Source of the DNA: Alphaproteobacteria bacterium
GTDB lineage: Bacteria; Pseudomonadota; Alphaproteobacteria; SP197
Assembly (NCBI GenBank): GCA_022823765.1
Contig: JAJEHK010000206.1
Span: forward strand, 3,984-67,983
Reading direction: 5' to 3'
DNA: 64,000 bases
Below, piece by piece: positions 36,100-46,483 of this stretch. How positions within the stretch are numbered: position 1 is the first letter of the stretch; each line of letters starts with the position of its first letter. A model generated the notes under the pieces. The model did not search any database. It saw only the letters and a program-made list of their open reading frames with translations, and had not been told where the DNA came from. The translations under genes were made by a program, and so were the position numbers.

Positions 36100-36486
36100 C
36101 GTCAAACCGCAATCTGGATCCGGCCCCATCGTTCCAGACTGCGCAGGCATTCCGTCCGAGATCGAACCCGTTGGTGGCAGTCCATCCCGCTCGTGATGAC
36201 CGATATCGAGGCCCGTCCCGCACCGCGATGCAGGTGAGGCCCTCAATCGGAGCGACGATCTCTTCCTGTTCCGCCCAATCCCTGCCGACGAGCGCCCCGG
36301 GGGCTTGACACTCCGCGCTCGCTCCCTGCGGACTTGCCTTGATTCGTCACCTGGCCGGAGCGCAATTCGAAACAAACCATTGCGCCCGGCGCGTGAGAAC
36401 AGAGGGTAACGCTCCAACGGAGAGTATCATCCGGCGCGGCGCCAGGCGCATCAGAGGGCGTTCGATGGACGAACGCGTCGTGTCCT

Positions 36487-37464
36487 TCAGGCGGCTTCCC
36501 CGATCACTCCCAGAGCGGCGACCATGGCGCGAATGTGATCGATGCTCGTACCGCAGCAACCGCCGATGATCTGGACGCCTGAGTCAACCCAGCCACGGCA
36601 GGCGATCCCGAACTCCTCGGGGGTCGCCGTCTCGGTGCTTCGATCGATTGCCGGATCGAAGAGCAGTGTTTCGGGATAGGCCATGATGGGACCGTCCCAG
36701 AGTTCGCGCAGAACCTTGAGACCAGGTCCCGTCGCTTCCATCGAACTGTGCATGACGCCGTAGACATCGCCACCCATGGCGGTGAGTCCGGCGATAATTT
36801 CGGTGAGCGGCAGCCGGGTTCTGGGCTTGTGATCGTCCGCCAGCCGGCTGTGCTCCTCACGAGAGATGTCCCAGCCAATCAGGGAGCCGTCCGGCAAGAG
36901 GCTGCAGCTGATGCCAACCCACACCGGCAAGCCGGTCGCCAGCGCAGCCTCGAGGCACAGGCTGGCGTGATCGATGTCAGACATCATCTCCAGAAGCAGG
37001 ATATCAGCTCCCGCTTCGGCAAAGATGGTGGCCACCTCGCGGTAGTTGGCGGCTTCTTCGTCACGACTGGGCTGGTAGCGAGGGTCGGGGCTTACCGTGC
37101 CCTCGATCCAGGCAACCATGTTCGACATGGAGCCCGCCACCCAGACCGGTCGGCCGGGCGCCACGTTGACACGTGCCTCGCAGGCCAGTTCGATCGCGCG
37201 CTGGTTGATCGCCTCCGTCTGCTGGTCCAGACCTGCGCCAGCGAGAACATGGCGACAGGTCGCGAAGGTGTTGGCGGTGATCACGTCGGCTCCGGCGCGG
37301 ATGTACTCCTCGTGGACCGTGCGCACGATGTCGGGATGCGTCAAGTTCGCCTCCGCGCACCATGCCGCGTCGTTCATCCTGCCTCCCAGCCGCTCGATTT
37401 CCGTGCCTGTCGCACCGTCAAGCACGATGGTGGCGCCCGATGAAATCGTTTGGTTCAGTGACAC
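36487..37464 (-). CDS. Homocysteine S-methyltransferase (Hcy-binding domain; MmuM/BHMT-like)
   Basis: The IGGCCGT zinc-binding motif at the C-terminus and an N-terminal LDGATGTE. A GTG start at 37464 follows a GGGAGG RBS with a 7-nt spacer. Confidence 0.8.
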   Translation of the reverse strand: MSLNQTISSGATIVLDGATGTEIERLGGRMNDAAWCAEANLTHPDIVRTVHEEYIRAGADVITANTFATCRHVLAGAGLDQQTEAINQRAIELACEARVNVAPGRPVWVAGSMSNMVAWIEGTVSPDPRYQPSRDEEAANYREVATIFAEAGADILLLEMMSDIDHASLCLEAALATGLPVWVGISCSLLPDGSLIGWDISREEHSRLADDHKPRTRLPLTEIIAGLTAMGGDVYGVMHSSMEATGPGLKVLRELWDGPIMAYPETLLFDPAIDRSTETATPEEFGIACRGWVDSGVQIIGGCCGTSIDHIRAMVAALGVIGEAA

Positions 37465-37630
37465 GAGCCAGCCTCCCACATGCGATGCACAGCAGCCTAA
37501 AGGCACCAGGAGGGCATTTGAAGATGTCCGGCTGTGCGGAGATGACGCACCGGGGCTTGCAGGATGAACAACGCCGGTCTTGAGCCCGTGTTGATTGAGA
37601 CCCCTGCCTTCCTTCGCCTTCGGCGCCAAC

Positions 37631-38824
37631 TCAGACTTGTGCGTTGACCTTGCCCCGCGGGATGAGTTTCTCGGGATCGTAGAAAGGAAGGTCCAGGGTT
37701 TCGCCCGGCACCCGGTCGTCACCGCAGGTCACCTGGCGACCGATCCAGTCCCCGGCCTGCTCGAAGAGCGCGTAGGCGATATGGTGCCCCAGGTAGGGCG
37801 AGAAGGCCGTTGCGGTCAACCGGCCGGCCGGTCGACCGTCGATCTCGAACGTCATGCCGGCATGAATCTTGCCGTGGGCCTTCAGGCCCACCAGCCGGGG
37901 CCGCCGGTCGGCCGCCAGCAGGGCTTCACGGCCTATGAACCCTTCCTTTTCCAGATGGATGAACTGGCCCAGACCCGCCGCGTAGGGCGTCATGGCAGGC
38001 GACATGTCGGTGCCGTTGTTGAGGATGCCAGCCTCGATGCGACGGACATTCATGCACGCCATGGCGGCGAAGCGCATGCCGTGTCTGCCGCCCACGCCCG
38101 TCAGGTGGTTCCACAACGCACCGTGGTCGGCGTCCTCGGGCACGTAGATCTCGAACCCCACCTCGCTCGTCCAGCCGGTGCGGGTCACAAGCAGGGGCTC
38201 GCCCGCCATCGTGACCCGGGCCACGCCGAAATAGGGAAAGGGATCGGGCGCATCGCCGTCGCACAGGGCTGCCAGCACATCGAGGGAGCGGGGTCCCTGA
38301 ACCTGCAGCACCCAGTCCTTCGTGTCGACGATCTCGACGTCGAATCCCGGCTGGTGTGCCTTGAGCCAGGCGAAGATCTCGCCGTCCGCCAGCACGTAGC
38401 GGAAGTGGTCCTCGGCCAGGCGCACGAGCACGCCGTCCATGAGGATGCCGCCATCGGCGTAGCACATGAGGCCATAACAGCAACGCCCGACCTTCAGCGG
38501 CGCGATGCGGCGCACCATCAGGCGGTCGAGAAAGCGGGCGGCGTCCGGACCGACGAACTCGATGGCATGTTCGGGCACGTCGAACAACGTGGCCTGACGG
38601 CGCAGGTGCCAGTATTCGGCTTCCACATCCTCGTTCAGGTATCCCGGCGACATGTGACCGCTGTAGACTGAAAAGGAGGCATTGGGTCCGATGCGATCCG
38701 CGTAGAACGGGACGAAGGGCGAGGCCTGCAGCCCGCTGAACTCCCCGGGCCACACAGGCAGGCTGCGGCCACGGTGGCGCTGCGGTCGCATTGCCCAGCC
38801 ATCGGCGGAGGTGTTGTCACTCAT
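37631..38824 (-). CDS. Aminomethyltransferase (GcvT) family protein, DmdA / tetrahydrofolate-dependent demethylase-like
   Basis: GcvT N- and C-domain folds. The start MSDNTSADGW at 38824 is preceded by GGGAAG. Confidence 0.75.
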   Translation of the reverse strand: MSDNTSADGWAMRPQRHRGRSLPVWPGEFSGLQASPFVPFYADRIGPNASFSVYSGHMSPGYLNEDVEAEYWHLRRQATLFDVPEHAIEFVGPDAARFLDRLMVRRIAPLKVGRCCYGLMCYADGGILMDGVLVRLAEDHFRYVLADGEIFAWLKAHQPGFDVEIVDTKDWVLQVQGPRSLDVLAALCDGDAPDPFPYFGVARVTMAGEPLLVTRTGWTSEVGFEIYVPEDADHGALWNHLTGVGGRHGMRFAAMACMNVRRIEAGILNNGTDMSPAMTPYAAGLGQFIHLEKEGFIGREALLAADRRPRLVGLKAHGKIHAGMTFEIDGRPAGRLTATAFSPYLGHHIAYALFEQAGDWIGRQVTCGDDRVPGETLDLPFYDPEKLIPRGKVNAQV

Positions 38825-39333
38825 GGTCTTCCCTTGCTCCCGGATGCGTGCCGGCGCTCGTCTTGAACACCGATCAGGACAGTGATTGATACTCATGGGC
38901 GTACCGGGGTCAATCTCTGAAGCCGACCGTCGTTCATCCCGGCGAGACCGGTCCCGTGGCGACGGGTGCCAGGTTCAGCCGATCGCGAGACCGCAACAGC
39001 CATTTCCAACCGGACGCAGCAGGGGTCGGCCGGATGGCGTGTGGTCGGTGTCACGATGACGCTGAAGCGCTGATTGGACTTGTGAGGGGTCAGACATGAT
39101 GACCGATACAGCAAGAGAGCAAGGACACTCACCGGCAGAAGATCGGAATGGCGGCGGCTGCAGGTACGTTGCCATGGTCCGGTCTCCCGAGGAGCTGCCG
39201 ACCAGGCGGGCATGGAAGTCCTGCACTGCATCCGGTGGAGAATGCCGCTGCGACCGTGAGCCTCCTCGCCCGTCGAATGCCGGGGCGCGATTCGATCCGT
39301 CAAGATGAACCGCACGCCGCAAATTCGCGGTCA

Positions 39334-39347
39334 ATTCCGCGCGGAAT
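39334..39347. promoter_or_regulatory. Perfect 14-bp palindrome ATTCCGCGCGGAAT (candidate operator) inside a 735-bp non-coding gap
   Basis: The sequence equals its own reverse complement. The imperfect hairpin CCGCAAATTCGCGG lies immediately upstream at 39317..39330. It sits between the LysR 3' end and the GcvT-like/HMT operon start. Confidence 0.3.
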
Positions 39348-39559
39348 CAGCGTTTCTCCGGCCCGCGGATTGTCACCAGCCTGGGACGCTCTCTGTGCCT
39401 CCCGACGGCGGGGAGTGCGGAGGTGTTCGACCTGTGTGGTTCCGGAGAGGGCATGGCAGTGGAAGGCGGGACGGGAAGAGGTCCGCGGGCTGCGGTCGGG
39501 AGTTCTAACCGGGCGCTGTTTCTGCGGTTTCCCCGGTATCGGGGAGAGCGAGGGTGCGG

Positions 39560-40468
39560 TCAGGGGACGAAGAAGTCGAGGCAGCGCCGGGCGAGCGGGC
39601 GCTCGACGCCACGGTCCGTCAACCGAAGGTAGAAATCGGAGTTGATCTCGACGAAGCCTCCCGCGGGATTGACGAGCGCGCCGGTGTCCGTCAGGTGGTC
39701 CACCAGATGCCAATTGCCGACGCCGAGCCCATGCCCGGCGACGGCCGCATCGATCAGATAGGCGTAGTCGAAGTAGTTCCGATACCGAACCTTGAGCCTC
39801 GGATGACCGACGGCATCGAACCAGTCGTCCCAGGTCGCCCAGCCCCGGCTGGGCCGCGCAAAGGAGAGGAACGGCAACGAGCCCCACTCCGCGACGGGCC
39901 GGCTCAGGACGTCCGCATGGGCCGCGGCAAACTCGGGCGAGCAGATCGGCCCCACCAGTTCCCGGTAGATCTTCACCCGGTTCTCGGGCGCGCTGCCCCC
40001 GTCGCCGTAACCGAACACGAGATCGGCATCCTCCGGACCAAGCTGGCCCAGCATGTCGTAATCGCATGTCAGCACGCAGAGATAGACGTCCTGGCCCAGG
40101 GTCTGCTGGAGAGCGTCAAACCGCCGCTTCATGAACAGTTGCGAAAAGGCGTGGCCGCAGGCGATGACCAGCCTGTTGTCGCCCGCCAGGGTCGTTACCA
40201 TCGCGACAGCGTCTTCTATGTGTTCGAGAGCCCTGCGGACATGGGCATAGAAGGCCTCTCCGGCCTCGTTGACCTCGACCCTCTGCCGGTTGCGCTCGAA
40301 CAGCCGAACTGCCAGCCGGCGCTCGATATCGGCAATGTAGCGGCTGACCGAGGACTGCGAGATACTGAGGTCGTCGGCGGTCCGGCTGAAATTCCCATAC
40401 CGTGCGGCGCGTTCAAAAACGCGTAGCGCCGTCAATGAAAATGTCCTGCTGTTCGGGTAACGCGACAT
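39560..40468 (-). CDS. LysR-family transcriptional regulator
   Basis: N-terminal HTH FSLTALRVFERAARYGNFSRTADDLSISQSSVSRYIADIERRL plus a LysR substrate-binding domain. The start is MSRYPN at 40468. Confidence 0.85.
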   Translation of the reverse strand: MSRYPNSRTFSLTALRVFERAARYGNFSRTADDLSISQSSVSRYIADIERRLAVRLFERNRQRVEVNEAGEAFYAHVRRALEHIEDAVAMVTTLAGDNRLVIACGHAFSQLFMKRRFDALQQTLGQDVYLCVLTCDYDMLGQLGPEDADLVFGYGDGGSAPENRVKIYRELVGPICSPEFAAAHADVLSRPVAEWGSLPFLSFARPSRGWATWDDWFDAVGHPRLKVRYRNYFDYAYLIDAAVAGHGLGVGNWHLVDHLTDTGALVNPAGGFVEINSDFYLRLTDRGVERPLARRCLDFFVP

Positions 40469-41184
40469 GGTGAAGTTCGTCGTTCCTGGTTCGCAATCAC
40501 GAAGGTTCGATCTGAAGACGTTGCCTGGTCGTGCTGATGACATTTGATTGAAATCAAGGGCCGGAGATGTCGCCCCCTGATTCAATCGGCAGCCCGAGTT
40601 CAATTGTCATGGTCCGCGTCCCGCGAGCTGGCGGCAGGAAGATCACCAGTCGGAACTCGCTCAAGCGATCAGGATCCTCCAGGCGAGCGTGTTCACGCTG
40701 TTCCTCACTCTGCTCTGCGAACCCTGATCCATCGCGAACTCCAACCCTTGGTGTCTCCGAGGCCTGGAACGGCACTTGCGAAGGCAGACTACGCGAATGT
40801 GTATGCATATCGTACATTTATTGTTCTGATGAATGTATTGGTCAATTTCATGACTTTCGTGCGACTTTCCACGACACGGTTGCCAGGAGACGCTGGCGGT
40901 TCGCACGCTGGTCGAGGCGGAGTGCGGGGACGGCGATGTCGAGCTTGTCGAAGAGCGTGCCGACGGATCCGGCGATCCCATCCGGACGGCTGCCAACGAT
41001 TCGGCCGGCATCTTCCGCGGTGTACATCATGACCAGGGCGGTCTGGGCGGCCGCGACATCAAGACGAGTCTCATAACCTGTGAGTCCGAAGTTCGAAGTG
41101 TGCCTCGGGGACGGGGTTCATTGCCGGTGTGCCATTCCGTGCCGTCACGACGGCATCCGGAAAAGTCTTCCATGGCCGACAGGA

Positions 41185-41883
41185 TCAGTGCGCCGGCACC
41201 TCCAGGGCGCCGATGATCGCGCCCTGACCGGGCGTCTGGACGAGGATGGCGTGATTGCTGGTGACGGAGGCGGGAACGATGAAGACGGCGGGCGCGCCGT
41301 CCCAGGTTCCGACGGTCTGCCATGTCTCGACGATGTTGGCATGGCGCAGGGTATGCCCGGCATTCTCACCGGCGGTGACATCGGTTCTTGCTTCATCAGC
41401 AAAACGCACGACGTGAACCAGGTGGGGATCACTGGTCTCACCTTCGTCAAGGGTAATCTCCAGTAGATTCCCTTCCCTCCAGGAAGCGGCGAGGACGACC
41501 GCCGGTCCGGTGGTGGACCGTGCCTGGCGTATGGCGGTGTCGATCGCCTGTTTCGCCGATCCGATGGCCTGGTGCGTTCCGGAGACCACCAGTTGGGGCG
41601 TGTAGACGGGCGTGCCGAGACGCCGGGCATAGACGCGCTGGCGGGCGCTGAACTCGGGATCGGCGAACCTGTCGCGCCAGCCCAGCCAGTCCCAGTAGTC
41701 GACGTGCCAGCCAAGGGCGATGATGTCGTCGCGGCGGCGCAGTTCGAAGAGATGCTCATCGGCCGGCGGACATGAACTGCAGCCCTCGGACGTGAAGAGT
41801 TCGACGACGACCGGCGTCGTCGCTCCGGCGCATCCGCCGAAGGCGAGCGCCACGGCGAGGATGGCGGGAAACAGTCCCCTCAT
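41185..41883 (-). CDS. DUF1223 domain protein (secreted, thioredoxin-like CxxC)
   Basis: VELFTSEGCSSCPPAD motif after a signal peptide MRGLFPAILAVALAFGGCAG. The track ORF 41185..42720 is an over-extension. The start at 41883 overlaps the MFS stop (ATGA). Confidence 0.75.
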   Translation of the reverse strand: MRGLFPAILAVALAFGGCAGATTPVVVELFTSEGCSSCPPADEHLFELRRRDDIIALGWHVDYWDWLGWRDRFADPEFSARQRVYARRLGTPVYTPQLVVSGTHQAIGSAKQAIDTAIRQARSTTGPAVVLAASWREGNLLEITLDEGETSDPHLVHVVRFADEARTDVTAGENAGHTLRHANIVETWQTVGTWDGAPAVFIVPASVTSNHAILVQTPGQGAIIGALEVPAH

Positions 41884-43070
41884 GGTTCGCCGGAGGGAGA
41901 CGGCGTCCTGTGTCGCCACCACTCCCGGGTTGCGAAAGGCACGAAGACGGCACAGAACAGGACAAGAGCGACAACCAGACCCGATGGACCGAGGAATCCG
42001 TTGATGATGCCAACGACAGGCGGGCCGGCGAGACTCCCGAGACTCCACATCAGCGTGAAGATGGTGATCGCCGATGCCAGAGTAGTCCCGCGGTAGAAAC
42101 TGCCGATCATGTGCAGCGCCACGACATAGAGGCCGCTGGTCAGGCCTCCGATGACGAAGAAGAAGAGAAAGTCGATCCACGGCAGGCGCACGACCAGTTC
42201 GAAACAGGCGAAGCCGACAACGGCAACGAGCAGCAGGAGGAGACCGACGAGACGCCGGTCGCCCCGGTCGACCAGCCAGCCGATCGGCAACTGCAGGACG
42301 ACCGCCCCGGCAGCACAGAATGACAGCTGACGGTAGGCGTGCTCCACATCGTAGTGCGTGTCGACGGCATAGACCGGGAGAAAGGTCCACAGAGCCATGA
42401 AGGTGAGGGCGTAGGAGAGATTGAGCAGCATGGGCAACGGCGTCTGGCGCATAGGCTTCAGGAGGGCGCGAACCGAGGGGCGTGTGTGCTCTCCGGACAT
42501 GGCCGGCGCCAGGCGCCGGGCGAGAATGACAGGCACGGTTGCCGTCGCCATCAGCAGGGCCGCGAGGATGAACGGCAGATTTCCGGTATGTCCCGCCCAG
42601 GCGAGAATCATCGGACCGATTGCCACACCCAGACCGAAACAGGAATTGTAGATGGCGAGGATCCGTCCCCTGAAGGCGTCGGGTGCGGCAGAGGTGATCC
42701 ACACCTCGCCGGCGACCCATGACGCCAGGCCGACGGCTCCCATGATCAGGCGGATGGCGGTCCAGCCGGTGAACCCGGGAACCAGGATACAGGCAAGGTA
42801 AAGCAGACCCTCGAGGATACCGGCCACGATCATGGCCCGCGCCAGACCCCAGCGCATCAGGACGAGTGCGGCCATCGGCGCCATGAAGAAGGGGCCGACC
42901 GCGTTGGCGGCGGCATTGATGCCGATCAGCTCATCGCTGTATCCCATGGCATCGAGACGCGTGGAAAAGAGCGGCGAGTTGAATCCGGCGATCATGGCGA
43001 TGACGGTCATGCCGCTGATGATCGCGGTCAGGCTTGCCAGGGGGATGGCCTTGATGACGTCCCAACTCAT
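41880..43070 (-). CDS. MFS transporter
   Basis: Twelve predicted transmembrane helices. Confidence 0.8.
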   Translation of the reverse strand: MSWDVIKAIPLASLTAIISGMTVIAMIAGFNSPLFSTRLDAMGYSDELIGINAAANAVGPFFMAPMAALVLMRWGLARAMIVAGILEGLLYLACILVPGFTGWTAIRLIMGAVGLASWVAGEVWITSAAPDAFRGRILAIYNSCFGLGVAIGPMILAWAGHTGNLPFILAALLMATATVPVILARRLAPAMSGEHTRPSVRALLKPMRQTPLPMLLNLSYALTFMALWTFLPVYAVDTHYDVEHAYRQLSFCAAGAVVLQLPIGWLVDRGDRRLVGLLLLLVAVVGFACFELVVRLPWIDFLFFFVIGGLTSGLYVVALHMIGSFYRGTTLASAITIFTLMWSLGSLAGPPVVGIINGFLGPSGLVVALVLFCAVFVPFATREWWRHRTPSPSGEP

Positions 43071-43194
43071 CCTTCACCCCGGGCAGCCTGGTGGTGTGCA
43101 AACCCGCACACCTTTCGGGTACGGAGCATGCACCGTATACCCTTGGCCGACCATGGCTCCATAGCGCAGGAAGAATTAGCTGAAGGGGGATGCA

Positions 43195-44055
43195 GTGAGC
43201 GAACGCGCCAGGGGCCTGGCGATTACCACGCTGGCGATGCTGGTGATCACGCCCGACGTCCTGCTGATACGACTGATCGACACCGATCCCTGGACACTCG
43301 CCTTCTGGCGCGGGCTCCTGTCCGCCGCCGGACTCGTCATCGGGCTCCTTGCCATCTACCGTCGCCGGGCCCTGGAGGTCATGCTGGCGCCCGGCGTTCC
43401 AGGTCTCGTGATCGGCACCCTCTTCGGCATCGGCACCGTTGCCTTTGTCTGGGCCATCACCCATACCTCGGCCGCCAGCACGCTTCTGATCATCGCCACC
43501 GGCAGCATGTTCGGTGCGGCGTTTTCCTGGCTTCTCATGCGCGAAAGACTGCCGGTTTACACCATCGTCGCGATGATCGGGACATTCGCCGGGCTGCTGA
43601 TCATTGTCTCCGGGGAAGCCGGCACCGGCTCTTCCCTCGAGGGTGATCTTTCCGCCCTCGTCGTGGCAGTGCTCTCGGGTCTGACCTTCGCCCTCATCCG
43701 CAAACACAGGATGACGGACATGGTTCCGACCCTGGCCATCGGCGGTCTCGTCACGGCGGCCATCGCCATGGCCGTCTCCCTGCCGGTGGCGGTCGGCACC
43801 GGAGATGCCCGCCTGATTGCCGTCATGGGGCTCATCATGCTCCCTCTTGCCTTCTCCCTGCAGTTCATCGGCGCCCGCTATCTTCCGGCCCCGGAGGTCC
43901 TGCTGCTCTTCCTGCTGGAGGCGGTCCTGGCGCCCATCCTCGTTTGGGCGGTGATCGATGAAGAACCCGCCGGCACCACACTCGTCGGCGGACTGGTCAT
44001 TCTTGCCACACTTGCCTCACACGCCGTCTGGAGCCTGCGCCGACAGAAGGGGTAA
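43195..44055 (+). CDS. DMT-superfamily (EamA-like) transporter
   Basis: Ten predicted transmembrane helices in two EamA-like halves. Confidence 0.8.
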   Translation: MSERARGLAITTLAMLVITPDVLLIRLIDTDPWTLAFWRGLLSAAGLVIGLLAIYRRRALEVMLAPGVPGLVIGTLFGIGTVAFVWAITHTSAASTLLIIATGSMFGAAFSWLLMRERLPVYTIVAMIGTFAGLLIIVSGEAGTGSSLEGDLSALVVAVLSGLTFALIRKHRMTDMVPTLAIGGLVTAAIAMAVSLPVAVGTGDARLIAVMGLIMLPLAFSLQFIGARYLPAPEVLLLFLLEAVLAPILVWAVIDEEPAGTTLVGGLVILATLASHAVWSLRRQKG

Positions 44056-44078
44056 GGAGGCACGCGGCTCACTCAGGA

Positions 44079-45266
44079 TCAAAGCGGCACGGTCTCCGGT
44101 TCGAGGTGGAGGTGATCGTCGGTGTAGGGGTGGGCGCGCGCCACGTCCTCGTCGAGTTCGACGCCTATACCGGGTGCGTCCGGCGGAATGACATGACCTT
44201 CCTCCCAGCGCATCGGGGACTTGAGGATTCTGGCATGGAAACCGTCCCAGCGGCGGATGCTCTCGAGTATCAGGAAGTTGGGTGATGCGGCGGCAATCTG
44301 GACATTGGCCGCACCCTCGATCGGCCCGCAATAGAGATGGGGCGCGATCTGGGCGTGGTGCGCCTCTGCCATGCCGGCAATCTTCTTCGCTTCCAGGAGG
44401 CCCCCCACCCGGCCGAGCGCCATCTGCAGGATTGAGGCTGCACCGGTCGCCAGTACGCGGGCGAACTCGTACTTCGTCGCCAGCCGCTCCCCGGTGGCGA
44501 TCGGAATGGTCGTTGAGCGGGCGACACGGGCCATCTCCTCCGGCATTTCCGCAGCCACCGGCTCCTCGAACCAGAGCGGATCGTAGGCTTCGAGCCGCCG
44601 GGCGAGACGGATGGCCCCCGACGGGGTGAACTGTCCATGGGTGCCGAAGAGCAGGTCAGCCTTCGTGCCCACGGCCTCGCGCAGCGTCCTCACGAAGGCT
44701 TCCGAGAGCTCCATTCTCTCCAGGGAAGGCTGGCGCGGATCGAAGACGCTGTAAGGTCCGGCGGGATCGAACTTCACCGCCGTGAACCCCTCGCGCACAT
44801 AGGCGGCGGCCTGTTCGGCGGCAACATCCGGATCGGTGTAGACGGCCTCCTCTTCATCTCCGTCGGCCGGATAGAGGTAGGTGTAACTGCGCAACCGCTC
44901 GTGCACCCTGCCGCCAAGCAGCATATGGACCGGCTTCGACGTCGCCTTGCCGATGATGTCCCAGCAGGCGATCTCGAGACCCGACATGACCGCCAGCAGG
45001 GAGATCTCGGGGCGCATGCTGTAGCCGCCGCCATACATCCGACGCCACATGGTCTCGATGTTGAAGGGGTTCTCGCCGATGACATGGCGCACGGCGATGT
45101 CCTCCACCATGGCCGCCACGACATGGGGCGAGAAACTGGCCGCATAGACCTCCCCGTAGCCGACGATGCCGTCGTCGGTCACCAGCTTGACGAAGACGAA
45201 GAAGCGGCCACCGAAGTGCGGCGGTGGATTGCCCACAACGAACGTCTCGATCCCGGCGATCTTCAT
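44079..45266 (-). CDS. Enolase-superfamily enzyme (MR/MLE; D-galactonate/mannonate dehydratase-like)
   Basis: Start MKIAGIETFVVGNPPPHFGGRFFVFVKLVTDDGIVGYGEV (capping domain), plus barrel metal ligands. Confidence 0.8.
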   Translation of the reverse strand: MKIAGIETFVVGNPPPHFGGRFFVFVKLVTDDGIVGYGEVYAASFSPHVVAAMVEDIAVRHVIGENPFNIETMWRRMYGGGYSMRPEISLLAVMSGLEIACWDIIGKATSKPVHMLLGGRVHERLRSYTYLYPADGDEEEAVYTDPDVAAEQAAAYVREGFTAVKFDPAGPYSVFDPRQPSLERMELSEAFVRTLREAVGTKADLLFGTHGQFTPSGAIRLARRLEAYDPLWFEEPVAAEMPEEMARVARSTTIPIATGERLATKYEFARVLATGAASILQMALGRVGGLLEAKKIAGMAEAHHAQIAPHLYCGPIEGAANVQIAAASPNFLILESIRRWDGFHARILKSPMRWEEGHVIPPDAPGIGVELDEDVARAHPYTDDHLHLEPETVPL

Positions 45267-45339
45267 GGGTAACGTCCCTTCTTCAGGTGAGGCCGCCATG
45301 ATGCGGACACCGCTGGCCGACTCAAGGGAGGCAATCCTC

Positions 45340-46479
45340 ATGATGGGTCCCCAACCCGCGATCATCACCGATCTCCGGCGCGTGAAACCGCCTGCCAGCC
45401 GGTCGCCGACACTGCCTCCAGCGGTCTACACCGATCCGGATGTGCTGATGCTGGAACGCGACCGGCTGTTCCGCAGCGGATGGTTGGGTTGCGGCCGCAG
45501 CGACCGCTGGCCGTCTGCCGGTTCATGCGCCCCGGTCGATGTCGCCGGCGTACCGGTCCTGATCACCAGGGACGGGACGGGCACACTTCATGCCTTTGCC
45601 AATTCCTGCCGCCACCGCGGTACACAGCTCGTTGGCGAATCATGCCGTCTCGCCCGCATCGTCTGCCCGTTTCATGCCTGGGCCTATACCCTCGACGGCC
45701 GCCTGGTGGCGGCACCCCGCATGGAGTCGGCCTCCGGCTTCGACATGGCAGACCACGGCCTCCACGCCTACCACGTGGCGGAGCGAGCGGGATTCGTCTT
45801 CGTCAGCCTCGACGCGGCGTCCTGTTCGATCGACGACTGGCTTGGTGACTTCGAGGCGGTGCATGCGCCCTGGCCTCTCGATCGACTCGTCACCACGCGC
45901 CGCCTGGAACGCGACATCGACTGCAACTGGAAACTGTTCCTGGAGGTCTTCAACGAGTACTACCATCTGGGCAGCGTTCACCGGCAGACCTTCGGCGCCA
46001 TCTACGATGAGCCCGATCCGCCGGATGAGGTGGCGGGCAACTTCACATCCCAGTTTGGCACGACATCGGGAACCGGAGCCCTGAAATCCGGCGACCAGGA
46101 ATACGCCCTCGATCCGATGCCGGGGCTCGGCGGACGGCACCTCTCGGGCACGCGCTACACGTGGATCTATCCGAACATGACGTTTGCTGCCGGCAGGGAC
46201 GCGATGTGGATGCTGGAGGCCTGGCCCCGGGGAGCAGAATCATGCCGTGCCGTCATGTCCGTGTGCTTTCCCGAGGAGACGCGCGCGGCACCGGGGTTCA
46301 AGCGCGCATCCCGGCTTTACTATCAGCGCATGGATGAAGCCATGGATGAGGACGTTGATGTCCTCGAAAGGCAACAAGGCGGCATGGCGTCACCTGACGC
46401 CGTTCCGGGCCGATTCTCGGCACTGGAACCGTCGATGGCCAACTTTGCCTTCTGGTATGCAGCCCTGCTGGCTGCCTGA
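45340..46479 (+). CDS. Rieske [2Fe-2S] non-haem-iron oxygenase alpha subunit (GbcA/CntA/Stc2-like demethylase/monooxygenase)
   Basis: Rieske motif CRHRG...CPFHAW and a mononuclear-iron motif EVFNEYYHLGSVH. The start at 45340 is preceded by AGGGAGG. Confidence 0.8.
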   Translation: MMGPQPAIITDLRRVKPPASRSPTLPPAVYTDPDVLMLERDRLFRSGWLGCGRSDRWPSAGSCAPVDVAGVPVLITRDGTGTLHAFANSCRHRGTQLVGESCRLARIVCPFHAWAYTLDGRLVAAPRMESASGFDMADHGLHAYHVAERAGFVFVSLDAASCSIDDWLGDFEAVHAPWPLDRLVTTRRLERDIDCNWKLFLEVFNEYYHLGSVHRQTFGAIYDEPDPPDEVAGNFTSQFGTTSGTGALKSGDQEYALDPMPGLGGRHLSGTRYTWIYPNMTFAAGRDAMWMLEAWPRGAESCRAVMSVCFPEETRAAPGFKRASRLYYQRMDEAMDEDVDVLERQQGGMASPDAVPGRFSALEPSMANFAFWYAALLAA

Positions 46480-46483
46480 GCCG

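Noticed and set aside
38893-39315. 140-aa and 119-aa minus-strand ORFs in the 735-bp gap upstream of the GcvT-like gene
   Set aside because: Their translations are Arg/Pro/Ser-rich without domain features and lack RBS-like sequences. The region is treated as non-coding or regulatory.
41185-42720. 511-aa ORF suggesting a large protein
   Set aside because: Only the last ~233 codons (from MRGLFPAILAVALAF) encode the DUF1223 protein. The upstream part of the frame overlaps the MFS transporter gene encoded in a different frame.
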